Of a stretch of 64,000 nucleotides of DNA, positions 7,166-14,692 are shown in pieces. The notes below the pieces were generated by a model. The model made no database searches. It was not told the origin of the DNA and was given only the letters and a program-made list of their open reading frames with translations. The translations under genes and the position numbers were made by a program. How positions within the stretch are numbered: position 1 is the stretch's first letter; each line of letters starts with the position of its first letter. Origin of the DNA: Myxococcota bacterium (GTDB lineage: Bacteria > Myxococcota_A > UBA9160 > SZUA-336); the NCBI GenBank assembly GCA_965247115.1, contig CBDFGR010000001.1, positions 32,001-96,000 on the forward strand, written 5' to 3'.

Positions 7166-8232
7166 CGTTCGCCTTCTTGACTGACGGGATGGATGCCCGT
7201 CTGCAATCGCGAGCTCAGCACTCGGAATGCCCTCGCAGCCACAGCCGGTACGACTCCGTTACCGAGGCAGCGCAATCGGTCCATCCGAGAGGGAACCCCA
7301 TCAGCCACTCGACCCATGTCGGGTTCAGTGAGCCACCAGCCATCGCCGGAAGATCCGGGCCGTTCGTTCTTGCCCGCTCCTTCGCCGCCCCCTCCGGGGT
7401 CCTGCGCCCCTTGATGCTGTCGGCTGCTCGGGGCGTCGGCCACACCAAGACCACCTCGCTCAACGGTCGAGCATTCGTCCCGATCAGATTTTGCTTCGCG
7501 TCGCCTGCGGTCGGCGTGGGCCATCTCCCATTCCGCGCCATCGTCTCCAGGCTCTCGCGCACCGGACCCACCCGGCCCATCCCGCCGCCCTGATTCGTCC
7601 CGTAGGTCTGGGCGCTGGGCGTCGGGAACATCCTGACGGCATTTTCCAGCCCGACTTGGCGCTTCCCCTTGTCGGTCTTTCCTTTCGCCAGAATGTCCTC
7701 GGGCTTCATGGTCCGTCCCCCGTTTGGCACGCCGGGAGTAGGCCAAGATGAAGACGCGCCGCCTGAGGTGCGGTGCTCCGCTTCCGGCTGCACTGAACAC
7801 ACTCCACTCCGCATCGAACCCGAGCCCGGCCAGGTCTCCGAGAATGTGTCCCAGCCCGTGACCAAGGAGGCCTGGCACGTTCTCCAGGAACACGTAGCGG
7901 GGTCCCACCTCGCGAACGATGCGGGTAATGTCGGGCCAGAGCCAGCGGTCATCGTCTACGCCCCGCTGGTCCCCGGCCACGCTGAACGGCTGGCATGGGA
8001 AACCGGCAGAGATGAGAGCCACCTCACCGCTAAAGAGGCTGCTTGGGAAGGTCGCGAGATCGTCCCAGATAGGCGCGCGATCCAAGGCCTGGTCTTCCAT
8101 CCGCGCCACGAGACAGGCCGCTGCGTAGGCGTCCCGCTCGCAGTAACCCATACAGCGATACCGTGGTCCGAGGGCAAGCTTGAGTCCCAGCTCAAGTCCT
8201 CCAACTCCGGCACATAGAGCCACACCGTTCAA
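7162..8232 (-). CDS. C5-cytosine DNA methyltransferase, large (alpha) polypeptide
   Basis: TTG start with RBS GGAGGGAG, overlapping upstream TGA; LCAGVGG (I), AGFPCQPFS (IV), ENVPGL (VI), PHLRRRVFI (VIII), LGNGVVP (X). Confidence 0.85.
   Translation of the reverse strand: MNGVALCAGVGGLELGLKLALGPRYRCMGYCERDAYAAACLVARMEDQALDRAPIWDDLATFPSSLFSGEVALISAGFPCQPFSVAGDQRGVDDDRWLWPDITRIVREVGPRYVFLENVPGLLGHGLGHILGDLAGLGFDAEWSVFSAAGSGAPHLRRRVFILAYSRRAKRGTDHEARGHSGERKDRQGEAPSRAGKCRQDVPDAQRPDLRDESGRRDGPGGSGAREPGDDGAEWEMAHADRRRREAKSDRDECSTVERGGLGVADAPSSRQHQGAQDPGGGGEGAGKNERPGSSGDGWWLTEPDMGRVADGVPSRMDRLRCLGNGVVPAVAARAFRVLSSRLQTGIHPVSQEGER
7215..7952 (-). CDS. Overlapping-frame ORF with WPTP repeats and motif-IX-like segment; putative beta polypeptide of the C5 MTase
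   Basis: WPTP/FPTP x4 and LNPTWVEWLMGFPLGWTD, nested in the Dcm gene in another frame. Confidence 0.6.
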   Translation of the reverse strand: MTAGSGPTLPASFARWDPATCSWRTCQASLVTGWDTFSETWPGSGSMRSGVCSVQPEAEHRTSGGASSSWPTPGVPNGGRTMKPEDILAKGKTDKGKRQVGLENAVRMFPTPSAQTYGTNQGGGMGRVGPVRESLETMARNGRWPTPTAGDAKQNLIGTNARPLSEVVLVWPTPRAADSIKGRRTPEGAAKERARTNGPDLPAMAGGSLNPTWVEWLMGFPLGWTDCAASVTESYRLWLRGHSEC

Positions 8233-8618
8233 TCTCCCTCCGTACCGACGGGATGGATGAACGTCGGTCGAACGTACCGGAGCGGATCGATCAGCTCCCT
8301 CATTCGCTTGTAGCACTTGGGAGCCATCCGGAATCGAGCCTCCTCGTGGTAGAGAGCAGCGAGTTCGTACCAGTGCTCCGCCAAGGCGCCCCAGACTGGA
8401 TCAAGCGCCTCCATCTCGGGTAGCCGTTCCTTCCACTCTGGGAACCTCTCGAGGAGTCGCAGGCACCGGCCCAAGTCGTCGGGATCAAGAGGGTAGGCGC
8501 AGGCGTCGGGGTCCTCACGGTCGGGATCAATCCCGGCCATGTATCGAGCGAGCGCCATCGACGACATGCCCGTATCCCTACCCGCCATCCACCGCATGAC
8601 CTCGCGGAGATCAGCCAT
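8229..8618 (-). CDS. Phage hypothetical protein
   Basis: DTGMSS...YPLDPDDLGRCLRLLERFPEW; coupled to neighbours. Confidence 0.65.
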   Translation of the reverse strand: MADLREVMRWMAGRDTGMSSMALARYMAGIDPDREDPDACAYPLDPDDLGRCLRLLERFPEWKERLPEMEALDPVWGALAEHWYELAALYHEEARFRMAPKCYKRMRELIDPLRYVRPTFIHPVGTEGD

Positions 8619-8877
8619 TGTCTCGACAAGCGGGATGGATGCCCGTCATTGGACCATCGCTTCGCGTAGGTCCGCAGACACGCCGATGCTCTTCGACAGG
8701 GATGTCGAGTGCCCCCAAGATCCATCGGCGGGTGCGGAGCTGGGGTCGATGCCAGCCGCGCTCGATGGCGCGGACGGTGGACCAGTGGACACCAGCCCGC
8801 TCGGCCAGTTCCTCTCGGGAGAGCAGCCGTGTCTCGCGTTCGTAGCGTAGATCGTTGGGGTCGCCGTTCGTCGTCAT
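8611..8877 (-). CDS. XRE-family HTH DNA-binding protein (frame open upstream to 8958)
   Basis: LSREELAERAGVHWSTVRAIERG HTH. Confidence 0.75.
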   Translation of the reverse strand: MTTNGDPNDLRYERETRLLSREELAERAGVHWSTVRAIERGWHRPQLRTRRWILGALDIPVEEHRRVCGPTRSDGPMTGIHPACRDNG

Positions 8878-8954
8878 GGAATGTCCGATTGACTGCCCGG
8901 GTTGGCTGCCCGTCTGCAATTGCGCCTCTTCCGGTGTGGGCTCCTGATCTGTCA

Positions 8955-9278
8955 TCACTTCTCCTCCTGACCCACGCTGTGGGCACCCGTCGGCGCACAG
9001 TCAGCGACAGTCAGGCCATCGGGAAAGATGATGTGCTCGGGGTCCTTGAAGTGGAACAGCCCGTAGCCGTTGCAGTGACACGCCCAGGAGATGCCGATGT
9101 CACCACGGAACTCCAGCATCTCCATGCCCTTACGTTTCTCACAGAGGCGCCCGCACATCTGGATCGCGACGCACTTTCGCTCGTTGGTAAGCTCAAACTT
9201 CTTGGGTGCTGGCTCCGGAAGCTCTGGCAGATCCGGACCGCACGCGACGAGCACGAGGGCGAGCAAGGTTCGCTTCAC
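8955..9278 (-). CDS. Cys-rich lipoprotein, hypothetical
   Basis: MKRTLLALVLVAC lipobox; RBS GAGGAGG. Confidence 0.65.
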   Translation of the reverse strand: MKRTLLALVLVACGPDLPELPEPAPKKFELTNERKCVAIQMCGRLCEKRKGMEMLEFRGDIGISWACHCNGYGLFHFKDPEHIIFPDGLTVADCAPTGAHSVGQEEK

Positions 9279-9312
9279 TTTCCCTCCTCAGGAACGCCGG
9301 GATGGATGACCG

Positions 9313-9657
9313 TCACCACCCCATCCCCACCGTTGTCTTGATCCGCTCCCGCGCCTGGTCGTGCAGGTAGTCGTGCTTGAGGTCCATCCCGAGGCCTCGG
9401 CGGCCGAGCTCGATCGCGACCTTCACAGTCGTCCCCGATCCGACGAATGGATCGAACACAAGCCCGCCGGCCGGACAGCCCGCGAGGATGCAGCGCTTCG
9501 CGAGCTCGGTGGGGAAGACGGCCATGTGCGCGCCGTGGTAGGGCTCTGTGGCCAGGCTCCAGACAGTGCGCGCCCGCGAGTCCCTCTGCGCGTGCTGGAT
9601 CTTGCGCTCGCGCTGGTCGGCCAGAGGAATCGCTCGAGCGTCGCCACGGACCAGCAC
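9313..9657 (-). pseudogene. Internally deleted N4/N6 DNA methyltransferase
   Basis: N-terminal LVRGDARAIPLAD joined to C-terminal RTVWSLATEPYHGAHMAVFP...DPFVGSGTT; SPPY catalytic motif missing. Confidence 0.7.
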
Positions 9658-9863
9658 TCAGTCTCCTTGACCCGCGGGTTGGCTGCCCGTCAGGCGTACC
9701 GCTCGAAGGTGGCGGCTGTAGCTGGAGAGTTCGGGATCTTCGAGGACCTGGTTGACTGTCTCGTGCACGCGTCGTCGCGGCTCCGTCGGCAACTTTGCGA
9801 GTGGTCTCTGTCGCGTAAGTGCCCGAGAACATTGGCTTGATGTAACCCATACACGCCAACGTA

Positions 9864-9891
9864 GCGGGTTCAAATCCCGCCCCGGGCACCA
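9864..9891 (+). other. att site: duplicated 3' end of a tRNA (probably tRNA-Leu)
   Basis: GCGGG-TTCAAAT-CCCGC T-arm + CCCGGGC-A-CCA, with no D/anticodon arms upstream. Confidence 0.8.
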
Positions 9892-9934
9892 ACAACCAAA
9901 GAGGCGGCGGCGAAGGACCCCACCTACGGTGGTC

Positions 9935-10810
9935 TCACCTGTTGAGTATCAGCACTGCGGCCGGAGGACTCGCCGTAGGGTTACTTGGGTTGAAGTCGTC
10001 TATCACGGTACACACGATAATCGGATGGCTCATGGCGCCGCCCGCGGTCAACTGCCGAACGACTGCGTGCCCACCAAAGAAGCTGAAAGTGTCGTTCTCC
10101 TCGACAACGACGGGTGTGGTGGGGGAACCAAGTCCGCCACCCAGATGGATCCGTGTCTGGCCGAGTTCGCTCAGCAAGCCATTGTCGCTCGTGTACTGGA
10201 AGCCCAGTCCGCCTGTGTCACTTCTCCTGTCGATGTTCGTTTCGAAGAATCCGCTGGTTATGTCCGCAGAGTTGAGTTCCTGTCCCATGGCCTCTAGGAC
10301 CTCGGCGTCGGTATCCTCCAAGGCGGCGGCATTCCGTGCCCAGCACTCTGCCTCCGCAGGAGCTGGAGGGTAGAACCCCGGAGTGATGTCGAAATCCATC
10401 ATGATCCCGTCGTTGTGGGTGTTGCCGGCGTCGAAAATATCGAACTCAGAATTGCCGATTTGAATCTTCTTGGAGCTGTCGGTGCCCACCCGCACGGGAA
10501 ACGGGGGGAGTGGCGTTGTGTTTTGGTCATCGTCTGGGTAGTCGATGCCGCCTTCCGCGTCGTCCGTCGATGATTGCCTCCCGAAGTTCAAGGTGGCGCC
10601 CTCGGGTGCGTCGTTTGGTGGCCCGGTGTTGCAGTGCTTATGATGAGTGCCCACCTCCCTGTTGCAGGGGTGCGCCTGCGCAGGAGCGACCGCCAAGCCC
10701 AGTACCAGCACAAAGACTGAAAACGCGCAGAGTGCTGTGAATGTTCCTGGCAAGGCACAGAGCACCACTGATCGAGACCAGGCTTTGGATGAGAAATTCT
10801 TTGAGTTCAT
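9935..10810 (-). CDS. Secreted hypothetical protein
   Basis: RBS GAAGGAG; signal peptide ending AVAPAQA; mature N-terminus HPCNREVGTHHKHC; acidic. Confidence 0.65.
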   Translation of the reverse strand: MNSKNFSSKAWSRSVVLCALPGTFTALCAFSVFVLVLGLAVAPAQAHPCNREVGTHHKHCNTGPPNDAPEGATLNFGRQSSTDDAEGGIDYPDDDQNTTPLPPFPVRVGTDSSKKIQIGNSEFDIFDAGNTHNDGIMMDFDITPGFYPPAPAEAECWARNAAALEDTDAEVLEAMGQELNSADITSGFFETNIDRRSDTGGLGFQYTSDNGLLSELGQTRIHLGGGLGSPTTPVVVEENDTFSFFGGHAVVRQLTAGGAMSHPIIVCTVIDDFNPSNPTASPPAAVLILNR

Positions 10811-11069
10811 ATCGATTCTCCTTCTGGTACGGCACGCACTGAAGTCCCGGGCCAGGTCGCTGATCCGATGGCGTCCCACGGGTCTGTGAGCCCGCATGTA
10901 GAGCACGTTCGTGGTCGAGCAGCTCCCTAGCCCCCGACCGTTCGCGGATCCAATGATCCGAACCTACCCAAGCTGCTCGGCACTAACTTCACCTCAATGT
11001 CCCCTCTTCCTCACTTCTCGCAGTCGTGGGATACTGAACACACCATTCGTGGTCGCGGGGTAATCGTAA

Positions 11070-13544
11070 GTGACTGGATCCTCTGCGGATTCTGGTTCCG
11101 CTGATAGGCGTGGGGATGCAAGAGATTCTGTAGGTCGCGTGTACGCTTTCGGGGACTTCGAGCTGCGGGCTGAGAGCTGCGAGCTGCTTCGATCGGGCCG
11201 TCCCACCGATCTCCAGCTCATCCCGACGAGGTTGCTCCTCTACCTTCTCGAAAACCGCGAACGGGCGGTGCCCAAGACGGAGCTCCTCGACGAGATCTGG
11301 CCGGACACCCACGTGAGCGAATCCGCCTTCACTACGGCGGTGGGAAGGCTTCGTCAGCAGCTAGGAGATGACGGAGCTACTCAGCGCTTTATCCGGGCTC
11401 GCCGAGGTCGCGGGTATCAGTTCGTCGCAGAGGTCGAGGAGCGTTTTCAGACGGAGGCTACCCCGAGACGGGAGGAACCGCCTGCACTCTCGGATGGAGA
11501 TCCGATTCTTCGAGAAGGCTCTCCCGATCGAATCGTTCGCCCGAATCGCTTCGGTCTGCGGACCGCCCAGCGAGGTGCGGTTGCCGTTCTCCTAGCCCTC
11601 CTCGCGCTCGTCTGGTGGTACGGGAGGGCGCCCACTGGGTCGGTCAGGGCCCTCGCGTTCGAGGAACGGGACTGGGTGCTCGTCGCCGCCTTCGAAAATC
11701 ATGCCGGCGAGGTGCTCTTCGATGGCACACTCGAGGCCGCCTTGGCGCGAGAGCTCGGCAACTCGCGCTTTGTCAATGTGGTGCCGCGGGAGCGGATCCA
11801 GGACACCCTGCGGCTCATGAAGAAACCCTTGGACACCCGCGTGGACTCCGAGGTGGGCCGCGAGATCTGCCTGCGCGACGGGGGCATCCGCGCGCTGTTG
11901 ACGGGCCGCGTCGATAAGCTCGGCTCGGCGTATCTGTTGAGCGTAGAGCTCGTCGACCCGACAGAGGGGCTCACAGTCGCGAGTCTGAGCGAGACCGCGC
12001 AGGGGGAGGACCAGGTGCTGTCGGCCCTCCATCGGCTTGCCACGAGCACCCGTGAAACGCTCGGCGAGGAGATCCAGCAGCTCCGCGTGAGCGACGAGGA
12101 GTTCGAGACAGTCAGCACGACCTCGTTGCGAGCTCTTCAGCTCTTCTCGCAGGCCGATGCCGCGATCGCGAGGCAGAAGAACGACGTCGCAGAGGTGCTG
12201 CTGAAGCAGGCCATCGTGGAGGACCGCGAGTTCGCCTCCGCGTACAACCACCTCGCGCACTCGCTCAGAAATCAACGCCGACCGCAGGAAGAGTTCATTC
12301 CTTACGCCCGCAGAGCTCTGGAACTGTCCGAGCCGCTTCCCGAGCGCGAGCGCTACTTCATCGAGGGAAGCTACTTCTCTTTCCTGGGGCAATACGACCA
12401 GGAGATACTGAGCTACGAGGCGCTTCTCCAGCTCCATCCCGATCACTACTGGGCAAACAACAACATGGCCGCGATGCTGCAGCTTGTGGGCCGAGCGGAG
12501 GAAGCCATTCCGTATTTTGTGCGGCGGGCCGAGCTACGGCCTCACGACTTCCGCGTGAACGTCCAGGCCGGGTGGCAGGTCGCCTTGTCGGGAGACTCGA
12601 GTCAGGCCGCGCTCCTGTTTGGAAAAGCCGTGGAACTCCTTCCGCCACTCTCGGACCCGCCACCGACGCCGAACGGTGCACGTGCAGTTGCGGCGACACT
12701 CCTTTACCCGACCCAGGACCTCTGGCTACGAGGAGATCTGGAGCGTCTGGTAACGGAGCTAGAGCGCTGGGAAGAGAGGCTGCCCTCGATGCACCCCGAT
12801 CTGCGGAAGGGCGTGGCCTGGTATCTGTCCCTCGGCTATTGGAGCGTTGGGCAGACCAGAACGGATCTCGGTGTCTTCACTATGTCCGATGAAGGGGATC
12901 GCACGTTGCGCGCGTTGGCTATCGCGAGCGCACAGGACGATTTGACACTGCTGCGCGAGACTCTACAAGAGGAGTCCACCGACATGAGCGCGTGCTGGAT
13001 AGACAACACCTGGTGCGTGCCGCTTGCCAGTCGCCGAGTTCAGCTGCTCGCTCAAGCCGGACTCTTGGCCGAGGCACGAGAAGCGCTAGCACAGTTCGAG
13101 GCCTTGGACGGCGCCCCTTGGCTCTATAAGGAGAGCGTCCTCCTGGTCCTACGCGGCGAGCTCGCCCTGGCCGAGGGACATACGGATGCCGCCATCTCGT
13201 TGCTGGAAGCGGGGCTGCCGCTCGAGAGATCCCGATTCAGCTTCATCCATCTCCCCGGATCGATATCTCTGTCGAGTGCCTTGCTGGAGAGAGGCGAGCG
13301 AACCAGGGCCCTTGGCGTGCTGCAAGAGACATCAGAGCTCAAGTCTCGGACCTACGTCAACAGGTGGCAGTGGGTGAACGCCCAGGTCGTTCTCGCAGAC
13401 CGCTACCGTGAGCTGGGTTACGAGGCCGAAGCCCGAGAAATCGAAGAGGAGCTGCTCGGGCTGATGGCCTATGCCGACCCTGACTTTCCTCTCCTTCTCC
13501 GACTTCAAGGGATCAGCAACTCAGCCATCCAGGACAGTGGTTGA
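11070..13544 (+). CDS. CadC/OmpR-type winged-helix transmembrane regulator with TPR sensor domain
   Basis: YAFGDFEL...LLLYLLENRERAVPKTELLDEIW...LRQQLGDD...GRGYQF; TM segment; TPR-like repeats. Confidence 0.85.
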   Translation: MTGSSADSGSADRRGDARDSVGRVYAFGDFELRAESCELLRSGRPTDLQLIPTRLLLYLLENRERAVPKTELLDEIWPDTHVSESAFTTAVGRLRQQLGDDGATQRFIRARRGRGYQFVAEVEERFQTEATPRREEPPALSDGDPILREGSPDRIVRPNRFGLRTAQRGAVAVLLALLALVWWYGRAPTGSVRALAFEERDWVLVAAFENHAGEVLFDGTLEAALARELGNSRFVNVVPRERIQDTLRLMKKPLDTRVDSEVGREICLRDGGIRALLTGRVDKLGSAYLLSVELVDPTEGLTVASLSETAQGEDQVLSALHRLATSTRETLGEEIQQLRVSDEEFETVSTTSLRALQLFSQADAAIARQKNDVAEVLLKQAIVEDREFASAYNHLAHSLRNQRRPQEEFIPYARRALELSEPLPERERYFIEGSYFSFLGQYDQEILSYEALLQLHPDHYWANNNMAAMLQLVGRAEEAIPYFVRRAELRPHDFRVNVQAGWQVALSGDSSQAALLFGKAVELLPPLSDPPPTPNGARAVAATLLYPTQDLWLRGDLERLVTELERWEERLPSMHPDLRKGVAWYLSLGYWSVGQTRTDLGVFTMSDEGDRTLRALAIASAQDDLTLLRETLQEESTDMSACWIDNTWCVPLASRRVQLLAQAGLLAEAREALAQFEALDGAPWLYKESVLLVLRGELALAEGHTDAAISLLEAGLPLERSRFSFIHLPGSISLSSALLERGERTRALGVLQETSELKSRTYVNRWQWVNAQVVLADRYRELGYEAEAREIEEELLGLMAYADPDFPLLLRLQGISNSAIQDSG

Positions 13545-13680
13545 GTCCCCACTTACCGAGATGGGCGCGACAGCGCACTTGGAGCTGCGTGAAGGAGGAG
13601 GGATGCCGGCGCCATCAGGGTGGACCCAGTCGGACCAAGCCTGCGGGTCCCCCGCGCGGGGCGCCGCGGTTCGATCCGCG

Positions 13681-14004
13681 TTAGTCGGGGTTGGAGAAGC
13701 GGAAGGAGCTTCGGACGGTCTCTTCGGGAGTCTGCTCGAGCAGCGTCTCGAGGGTGTCGCGGTCCACGATCGTCGTGCGCTGGTAGGACATCTCGGGTCG
13801 TTCGAGCTCTATGCGGTAGAGCTCGAGCGGGCCGCGCAGGATCTGGCGTATGTGGGCGTGGCCACCCTCGTCGAGGTCTCGCTGGATCGAGCTCAGGATT
13901 CGGCGGACTCGCCGCTCTCGCTTCTCGATCTCGTCCAGGTCCAGGTCGAAAGCGCGGGCTCCGCGCAGCCGTCGGAAGCTTCCCGGAATGGACGAAGGAG
14001 GCAC
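13681..14004 (-). CDS. Hypothetical protein
   Basis: Compact ORF 9 nt downstream of PilZ gene, protein-like composition. Confidence 0.55.
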   Translation of the reverse strand: MPPSSIPGSFRRLRGARAFDLDLDEIEKRERRVRRILSSIQRDLDEGGHAHIRQILRGPLELYRIELERPEMSYQRTTIVDRDTLETLLEQTPEETVRSSFRFSNPD

Positions 14005-14013
14005 GAGTTAATG

Positions 14014-14574
14014 CTATCCGAGGGCTTCCGGGGCGGCAACCGAACGCGTGTCCTCCCGTGAGAGTCGCTTCAGTGTGCGTTCGTAGCGAGTGCGTGCGCT
14101 GTCCGCACCGTCGAAGAGATGGACTCCCACGATGGCGATCGGACGGGCGCCGTGGGAGCCGGGGACGAATTCCACGCGGGTCCAGCGTACGCGGCCGCTG
14201 AACTCGACAGGTGGGTCCTCTTCGTTCAGAAGTAGCTTCACGAGCATGCGCGCACCGACCCACGGCGGGCGAGGGCAGCGCAGGCACAGGCCGTTTTGCG
14301 AGACGTTCACCGTTCGCGCCTCTTCGTTCGCGGCGAAGAAGAGCGCACCTGTTACCGGATTGTGTATGGGGTCGATGCTGGTGGTGCGGGCCAGGAGCTC
14401 TGCATCGAACCGCGTCTCCGGCGTGTGTTGAACGGGAGGTTGAGTCGGAGTGGCGTCGACGGTGGGGGAGGGCCAGAGGGGAATCAGGCGCCAGCTATCC
14501 GATTGACCGGGGTGCAGCTCCGGAACTGCCTGGAGCGACATGTCGACGGTGTCGCTTAGGTCGTTGTCCTTCAT
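14014..14574 (-). CDS. PilZ-domain protein
   Basis: RBS GGAGGAGG; TVNVSQNGLCL (NxSxxG) and GRVRWTR...VGVHL strands. Confidence 0.7.
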   Translation of the reverse strand: MKDNDLSDTVDMSLQAVPELHPGQSDSWRLIPLWPSPTVDATPTQPPVQHTPETRFDAELLARTTSIDPIHNPVTGALFFAANEEARTVNVSQNGLCLRCPRPPWVGARMLVKLLLNEEDPPVEFSGRVRWTRVEFVPGSHGARPIAIVGVHLFDGADSARTRYERTLKRLSREDTRSVAAPEALG

Positions 14575-14625
14575 GCGTCCCTCCTCCGCTTTCTCCTCCG
14601 AGTTTCGGTGCCAGGGACGGGGTGC

Positions 14626-14653
14626 TTGACTTTCGTCTTTTCTTCGATACAGT
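14626..14653 (+). promoter_or_regulatory. Putative sigma70 promoter for HNH gene
   Basis: TTGACT-N16-TACAGT. Confidence 0.5.
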
Positions 14654-14692
14654 GTCCATCGTCCTCACCCCACAACACGAGGACATTCCCGC

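Larger units (their letters stand above)
5290..9691 (+). repeat. Dispersed family of eight direct-oriented 19-bp quasi-palindromes nnCGGG-WTGGMTG-CCCGTC
   Basis: Copies at 5290-5308, 6109-6127, 7183-7201, 8247-8265, 8629-8647, 8896-8914, 9296-9314, 9673-9691; 11/19 positions invariant. Confidence 0.9.
1..9891. mobile_element. Right-hand part of a prophage/integrative element (left end and integrase outside window), bounded by a tRNA 3'-end att copy
   Basis: Lysis-type genes at 3-1323, phage-type MTases/HTH/TA genes at 5-9.7 kb, isolated tRNA T-arm+CCA fragment at 9864-9891. No integrase or structural genes in window. Confidence 0.7.

Noticed and set aside
5290..9691. Repeat family as a CRISPR array
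   Set aside because: Intervals are about 270-1070 bp and contain whole genes; repeats are only 19 bp; no cas genes
5290..9691. Repeat family as canonical integron attC or Xer dif/pdif sites
   Set aside because: No RYYYAAC...GTTRRRY-bounded long hairpins, no intI in window, and no resemblance to AT-rich 28-bp dif sites
9864..9891. Functional tRNA gene
   Set aside because: Only the T-arm and 3' acceptor strand are present; treated as an att site
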